Source: a virus | Direction: 5' to 3' (one strand) | Length of the DNA: 64,000 bases | Virus record (IMG/VR): IMGVR_UViG_3300030329_002114 | Location: 1-64,000 of that record | In this document: piece after piece, positions 59,441 through 64,000 of the stretch | How the letters are laid out: every line of letters starts with the position of its first letter | How positions within the stretch are numbered: the stretch's first letter is position 1 | The notes under the pieces: generated by a model | Told to the model about the DNA's origin: nothing | The model's database searches: none | The model's input: the letters and a program-made list of their open reading frames with translations, nothing else | Made by a program: the position numbers and the translations under genes

Positions 59441-59623
59441 CTATTTAGTTTGTATTTTAGACTTAAAATTTATCATTCTATGGTAAGCAGCACCATTTTT
59501 TTCAATACTATCACTTTCGTATAATTTTTTATATATTTTATACAATGATTTAAAAGTTAGTCTTTTTGGAAGTACATTTTTGTACATACTTTTATCTTTT
59601 TCTTCTTTAACATTCGATGTCAT
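59441..59623 (-). CDS. hypothetical protein
   Basis: IEKNGAAY motif shared with 16259..16591. Confidence 0.55.
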   Translation of the reverse strand: MTSNVKEEKDKSMYKNVLPKRLTFKSLYKIYKKLYESDSIEKNGAAYHRMINFKSKIQTK

Positions 59624-59948
59624 GTTGTATCCCTTTCTTTTTGTATTTATGTAGCATTGCTACCATTAATAATAAATAGTTAATAATATCGCTTATACGG
59701 CCTTCAATTGGCTCTGAGTATACCTTACCACTCTTTAGGTAATTCATGAGGCTAGAGATGTGTTTATGGAGGTATATTGACAATACCTGCATTGGTTTTA
59801 AATCAATAGACTCTGCAATGTTTTCAAAATTCCAAAGTACGTTTTCTTTATGGTTTCCTTCGGTGTATTCGATTCTTTTAGCGTCTGATAACGCAAGTGT
59901 TTCTTTTAAGAACTTATCTCTTAGTTCTTTGTACTCTTCTGATGTCAT
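59607..59948 (-). CDS. nucleotide-modification-associated (DUF1599/Nmad1-like) protein
   Basis: KRIEYT...NF...YLHKH...IEGRISDIINYL; paralog of 14504..14854. Confidence 0.62.
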   Translation of the reverse strand: MTSEEYKELRDKFLKETLALSDAKRIEYTEGNHKENVLWNFENIAESIDLKPMQVLSIYLHKHISSLMNYLKSGKVYSEPIEGRISDIINYLLLMVAMLHKYKKKGIQHDIEC

Positions 59949-59970
59949 TATATTCTCCTATTATAATATT

Positions 59971-60072
59971 GGGGCAATGGCATAACTGCCAATCAACAAC
60001 ACAAAGATATTGTGCTAACTTTTATTTAGTGTCGTTGTTTTTTTCCTATTGATTTTTATTTTTATGCCCCAA
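59971..60072. repeat. 102-bp element, copy 2
   Basis: 99/102 identical to 27420..27521, same orientation. Confidence 0.92.
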
Positions 60073-60407
60073 ATTATTTTATTAAATGGTTTTAAATACC
60101 ACTTTGATTTAACGTCTTTTATTTGCTTTCTTAATTTTTTAGTTACTGACGTTTGATAATACCAGCTACTCCTAGTTGCTTTTAAAGTCTTTTCTAAATT
60201 TTCGTTTTTTTCTTCAAGTTTTAGTATAAGTAGTTTATTTTCTTCTAACAACTTTAAACTTTTATTTAGCATTTCTAGTGTATCTTGATATTTTTCATGA
60301 GGTAGCCTAGGAACTCCGTAATGATCAAATACGTATTGAAAACCTTTTCTGTACATAGGGTTTTCCATATTTTTTTCATGTTCAAAAAAATCTTTCATTA
60401 TATTCAA
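60015..60407 (-). CDS. hypothetical coiled-coil protein
   Basis: 130-aa ORF whose last ~18 codons and stop lie inside the 102-bp element. Confidence 0.5.
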   Translation of the reverse strand: MNIMKDFFEHEKNMENPMYRKGFQYVFDHYGVPRLPHEKYQDTLEMLNKSLKLLEENKLLILKLEEKNENLEKTLKATRSSWYYQTSVTKKLRKQIKDVKSKWYLKPFNKIIWGIKIKINRKKTTTLNKS

Positions 60408-60486
60408 ATCCCCTTAAACGTCAGCAGAAGAGGTCAAGGGGGTTAACGTGCCCTTTACTGTCTTCTGCGTCAGTCTACTTAAGTTA

Positions 60487-60681
60487 TTATAAATTATAGT
60501 TTCCAAGAGCACACCACATTAAATCAGGTGTAAGTCTTTTAACTTTATTTTCCTTGCACCTTTGTGCCATTTTTGAAATACTTGTTAATATTTCTCTATT
60601 AATACTTTCCATTGTATCTGCACTTAGCTGCACTCCATTAGCATTAAATATTTTCTTTACTTTTGTTTTTTGTATTATCAT
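60487..60681 (-). CDS. histone-fold protein (bacterial Bd0055-like)
   Basis: 64 aa; IIQKTKVKKIF...SADTMESI...RCKENKVKRLTPDLM matches the three-helix histone-fold pattern. Confidence 0.65.
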   Translation of the reverse strand: MIIQKTKVKKIFNANGVQLSADTMESINREILTSISKMAQRCKENKVKRLTPDLMWCALGNYNL

Positions 60682-60854
60682 TATTTATCGCTTTCATTTT
60701 TATGATAAAAACTAATTTTTAAAGTATTGTCGCTGCCTTGCATTACATTAACAACAGCATAGCTGTTTTCTGGAGTTATGTTGTTAGCTTTAAGTAATGA
60801 AAGTGGGAATGTTATTCTTCCTCTTTTATCTAATTTTAATTTGGCTATATTCAT
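60681..60854 (-). CDS. AbrB/MraZ-like DNA-binding protein (57 aa)
   Basis: MNIAKLKLDKRGRITFPLSLL; stop overlaps the histone-like ATG; not in the track. Confidence 0.6.
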   Translation of the reverse strand: MNIAKLKLDKRGRITFPLSLLKANNITPENSYAVVNVMQGSDNTLKISFYHKNESDK

Positions 60855-60856
60855 AA

Positions 60857-61054
60857 TTAATAGTCCTTTCCGTAAATGTTAATTTGTTTAAACTCTTTTT
60901 TTATATCGATTAAAAGATTCATTATTTCCTTGATATAATCCTGATACAATTTATTTATAGATTTTTCTCCAGTATGATTACTGTGTTGTATTGTTGTAGA
61001 ATGTATATTATTTAATATATCTTTTATTTTTGAAATCTTTTTATCTATGTTCAT
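60857..61054 (-). CDS. hypothetical protein
   Basis: 65-aa ORF with AAGGA RBS. Confidence 0.45.
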   Translation of the reverse strand: MNIDKKISKIKDILNNIHSTTIQHSNHTGEKSINKLYQDYIKEIMNLLIDIKKEFKQINIYGKDY

Positions 61055-61159
61055 TTAAAATCCTTTTAATAGGGGACTAACGCCAACCAGTCCCCTATTT
61101 TTCACTTATTACTAATTTTATCCCAATGTTTTACCAAACATTAGTTTAAGTTATTAGTA

Positions 61160-61486
61160 TTATCCTGTTAAACTCTTTAAGAGTTCTAACAAGTCTTTGT
61201 ATCGTATAGTTACCAATGGTTCTTTACGATCTTCTTTGAGAATTTGTCCATAAACTTCTTCACAAGGTTTAAGATAATCAGCTATAGACTTCCTACCTTT
61301 TACTTGAAACTTAAATAGTTTTTTTATTTTAGGTATGTCTATAGTCATATCTACTTCTTCGTGCCAGCCTAGGGATCTACCATCAGATCCCCAAGCTCTA
61401 CGGGACTCAAACCCATACCCTTTGGCAAGGTTGACGCACTCTCGTTCAATTCTATTTCCTTTTTGTTTAGGGGCTTTACCACTCAT
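61160..61486 (-). CDS. Holliday junction resolvase (Hjc-like)
   Basis: KQKGNRIERE...RAWGSDG.SLG.HEEVD...FQVK; paralog of 17274..17585. Confidence 0.8.
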   Translation of the reverse strand: MSGKAPKQKGNRIERECVNLAKGYGFESRRAWGSDGRSLGWHEEVDMTIDIPKIKKLFKFQVKGRKSIADYLKPCEEVYGQILKEDRKEPLVTIRYKDLLELLKSLTG

Positions 61487-61719
61487 ATAAGCTCCTTGTG
61501 CGTATTATGTGCATTAGGATTACCTCTATGTTCTGAATGGTATGGTGAATCAGCCCTAAATAAAGCTTCGTAATCTTCTTCTATATTTAAATCACATTCA
61601 TCTTTTGGATCTTCATATACTTGTTCAAGCAGATGTTTTATTTCTTCAAAACGATCTTTTTCAGTTGTTTCGTAAGTTAAATGATCTGCTACTATTTCTA
61701 TTTTTTCATGTAGTTTCAT
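61483..61719 (-). CDS. hypothetical acidic protein
   Basis: LLEQVYE...IEEDY; paralog of 14854..15057. Confidence 0.6.
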   Translation of the reverse strand: MKLHEKIEIVADHLTYETTEKDRFEEIKHLLEQVYEDPKDECDLNIEEDYEALFRADSPYHSEHRGNPNAHNTHKELI

Positions 61720-61922
61720 TTATTAATTCCATTTTTGTTTTTCATTTTTTTTAATTCAGCATTAGTTGGCTGACCTAATAATTTCCATATTTTATCAAAT
61801 TGTTTCTTACCTGCGTTACTCATTTTATCATACTCTGCATTTTCTAATTGTTGCAGTAAGTGAATTAATTTTTGAGTCATAGCTGTAGCTATGTTTGATA
61901 CTGGTTTTTTCATATAAACCAT
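61716..61922 (-). CDS. hypothetical protein
   Basis: ORF in operon. Confidence 0.45.
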   Translation of the reverse strand: MVYMKKPVSNIATAMTQKLIHLLQQLENAEYDKMSNAGKKQFDKIWKLLGQPTNAELKKMKNKNGINK

Positions 61923-62131
61923 CCTTTTCTTATTGTAAATGATGTGAATAATTCCAGTCTAGTTATTCCAAGCACAACTTGAATACTATCTCCAGCAAGT
62001 GTTGAGTATCCTATGCCTACCATAAATGTTTTAAATATTATCACTCTGCTCATCACCATTTCCTGATACTTCGTCTTCGTTATTGTGATTATAGGAAGAC
62101 CCAGAAGTGTCAGTGATTGTCCATGTTTCAT
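61910..62131 (-). CDS. small hypothetical protein
   Basis: Similar position and hydrophobic beta character to 17573..17764. Confidence 0.4.
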   Translation of the reverse strand: MKHGQSLTLLGLPIITITKTKYQEMVMSRVIIFKTFMVGIGYSTLAGDSIQVVLGITRLELFTSFTIRKGWFI

Positions 62132-62264
62132 ATATATCCGCCTTTGTTTTAAATATCATTGTTGTTGTTTTATTAATATCATGATCATATATATACACAT
62201 ATGCATCATGCCCTTCAATTTTTTCTATTTCATTATTTTTAATATGTATTTCTATAGAAGCCAT
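62031..62264 (-). CDS. hypothetical protein
   Basis: AAGGAG RBS; acidic tail. Confidence 0.5.
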   Translation of the reverse strand: MASIEIHIKNNEIEKIEGHDAYVYIYDHDINKTTTMIFKTKADIYETWTITDTSGSSYNHNNEDEVSGNGDEQSDNI

Positions 62265-62320
62265 ATTGTCTCCTTTGTATGTGGATAGGGCACAAATAAA
62301 GGAATCTGTGCCCCATTTTA

Positions 62321-64000
62321 TTAATTACGCTTGTCAAAAGTAAACGTTTCCCAGTTGTAGTCCAAGATAATTTCAAAGGTTGATTCGTCTCTTGCTTTAA
62401 GAGACCTTACTAATCTTTTCTTTGTCATTGCCCTTCCCTCAAATGATATATATTGGTCTGATTTTTGTTCTATGGCACTATTGCCTTTACCACTATGTAC
62501 ATTTAAAGAATTTGTCTCTTGATAGCTATAAGATGCTGATTTAGAAATATGATGTACTGCTAATACCATTACATCTTCATTCATTGCCAAGTCTTTTAAT
62601 CCATTAGCAATTATTTCCTGTCTAGCAAAATCATCTTTTCCAGCATACTTTGCCTTTACTCTATCAATAGTGTCTACAACAACTATTTTTGCACCTGATT
62701 CAGAAACTACACTTGGTAAATCTTCAATGTCTGGTGACATTGTCATCAATTTAATATGTTTAATTGATTCCATCCCCAAATCTATTATTTCTGAGTTCTT
62801 ATTTGCAAACGCACTTAAAACCTCATGTTTCTTCATTAGCAATGTAGCTTGAAGAAATCTTCTTATCATTGTTATATCATCTACCTCTAAAGATAAGAAT
62901 AAAGTATTAATATTCTTTAGTTTTGTGATTATATATTGATAGAAAGCTGTTTTTCCAAGTCCAGTATCGCCTATTAAGGTAATTAATTGTCCTGTGGTAA
63001 ACAGGTGAGGTTTTGATATAAATGGAAATATATCCTTTAAGTCAAAAGACTTATCTGTAAAATCAGTAGTTAAATAATCAACAAGACGAGATGTCATGTC
63101 TTCAGCATTTAACATTTCAGATTCTTCATCTAGATTTTTCCATTTATATAACATGCATTTAGTATCGCAATAAGGCTGTAATACAGGATGATTACAACCA
63201 TAGTTATAGTCATTTTTAAAAGCATCACTAACAATCTTACTTGTTTCAACAGCTGGTAATGGATTATCCATTTTTTCCATATATGCTCTTGCTAAATGGT
63301 CACATGCTATTTTATCAAAAGCATATTTTTTACGCCATATACTAACAAGTGCTAATAGATGTTTATGTCTATTATTAGGAACATATCCAGCATTATAAAT
63401 ATGTTGAACGCATGTAATGTATCTAGTGCTTAACCCACCAGCATTATCAAATACTTTACGAACCTCGGCTATGTTTTTTCTGCTCATATCCATAGGCTCT
63501 AGTCCTTCAACTACTTCTTTTATTATATGGCTTGGTTTATAATCTGATCTTATTTCTTTAGCCATATCTAAAATATCGTAATATTCTAGATTTTCAAGTT
63601 CATCATAACTAATTGGTATTTTAAATAGTCCAGAACCTTTATGGTAAGAGAAACCAGCTCGTATTAATCTTCGACTGTCATAGATAATGTCTATTAAGTT
63701 TCCAAAATCACGTTGCATTGTTGCTCTTACTTGTTTGGCTATCTGATTAGAGTCTTTAAATCCGTATACATTTCCAACATGTATATGGAATCCTTTTCCA
63801 GAAAACCAAATATTATAATGCTCTGGTTTAATTGATAGCTGTGACATTTTATTTATAACATCTATAACTTTTGCTTTTGTTTGATTGCCTTCATTATTAT
63901 CATTTTTAATATAGTCAATATCTATAACAAGTTTATCAACGCTCTGGATTCCATTAAATCCAGTAACTGTATTATTTTCTGCTACAAAATCAACTATATC
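62321..64000 (-). CDS. AEP primase-DnaB-like helicase fusion, unit B (5' end beyond window)
   Basis: Frame stays open past the track start at 63847 to the window edge and includes VIDID; SGKGFH, GDTGLGKT, VVVD, HHISK; paralog of 17761..19584. Confidence 0.88.
   Translation of the reverse strand, partial: DIVDFVAENNTVTGFNGIQSVDKLVIDIDYIKNDNNEGNQTKAKVIDVINKMSQLSIKPEHYNIWFSGKGFHIHVGNVYGFKDSNQIAKQVRATMQRDFGNLIDIIYDSRRLIRAGFSYHKGSGLFKIPISYDELENLEYYDILDMAKEIRSDYKPSHIIKEVVEGLEPMDMSRKNIAEVRKVFDNAGGLSTRYITCVQHIYNAGYVPNNRHKHLLALVSIWRKKYAFDKIACDHLARAYMEKMDNPLPAVETSKIVSDAFKNDYNYGCNHPVLQPYCDTKCMLYKWKNLDEESEMLNAEDMTSRLVDYLTTDFTDKSFDLKDIFPFISKPHLFTTGQLITLIGDTGLGKTAFYQYIITKLKNINTLFLSLEVDDITMIRRFLQATLLMKKHEVLSAFANKNSEIIDLGMESIKHIKLMTMSPDIEDLPSVVSESGAKIVVVDTIDRVKAKYAGKDDFARQEIIANGLKDLAMNEDVMVLAVHHISKSASYSYQETNSLNVHSGKGNSAIEQKSDQYISFEGRAMTKKRLVRSLKARDESTFEIILDYNWETFTFDKRN

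Noticed and set aside
1-64000. CRISPR, mini-CRISPR or other regular repeat-spacer arrays
   Set aside because: No run of equal-length repeats with unique spacers seen and no cas-like genes; the repeated hairpins are dispersed
1-64000. Alternative genetic code as in some crAss-like phages
   Set aside because: Long genes are uninterrupted under code 11, TAA/TAG/TGA all occur as coupled stops, and there is no suppressor tRNA

Overview
The whole window is tailed-phage (podovirus-like) DNA, AT-rich, with no recognisable host housekeeping genes. It holds two divergent but collinear copies of one ~45-49 kb genome plan, head to tail. Unit A (1 to ~28.8 kb) runs: end of the ejection-protein module with a 3078-aa giant protein, an intact attP-like tRNA-Gly/tyrosine-integrase cassette, then a minus-strand replication/early region (AEP primase-DnaB helicase, Hjc-type resolvase, Sak-like recombinase, repressor, ParB). 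Unit B (~28.9 kb to the end) runs: terminase, portal, scaffold, capsid, tail, lysis and ejection genes, a 3030-aa paralogous giant protein, then the start of a second replication region. Both giant proteins carry two-barrel RNA polymerase motifs (DG.G, RxP, DxDGD) and are probably virion-packaged RNA polymerases. The unit B copy has an AlkB-type dioxygenase and a DUF4326-like domain inserted on either side of its catalytic region; the unit A copy lacks both. Other highlights are a Bd0055-like histone-fold gene, an N-terminal module shared among ejected proteins, a cluster of structured intergenic RNA-like elements, and a 102-bp element nearly identical in both units. All calls come from reading motifs by eye; no database searches were run.
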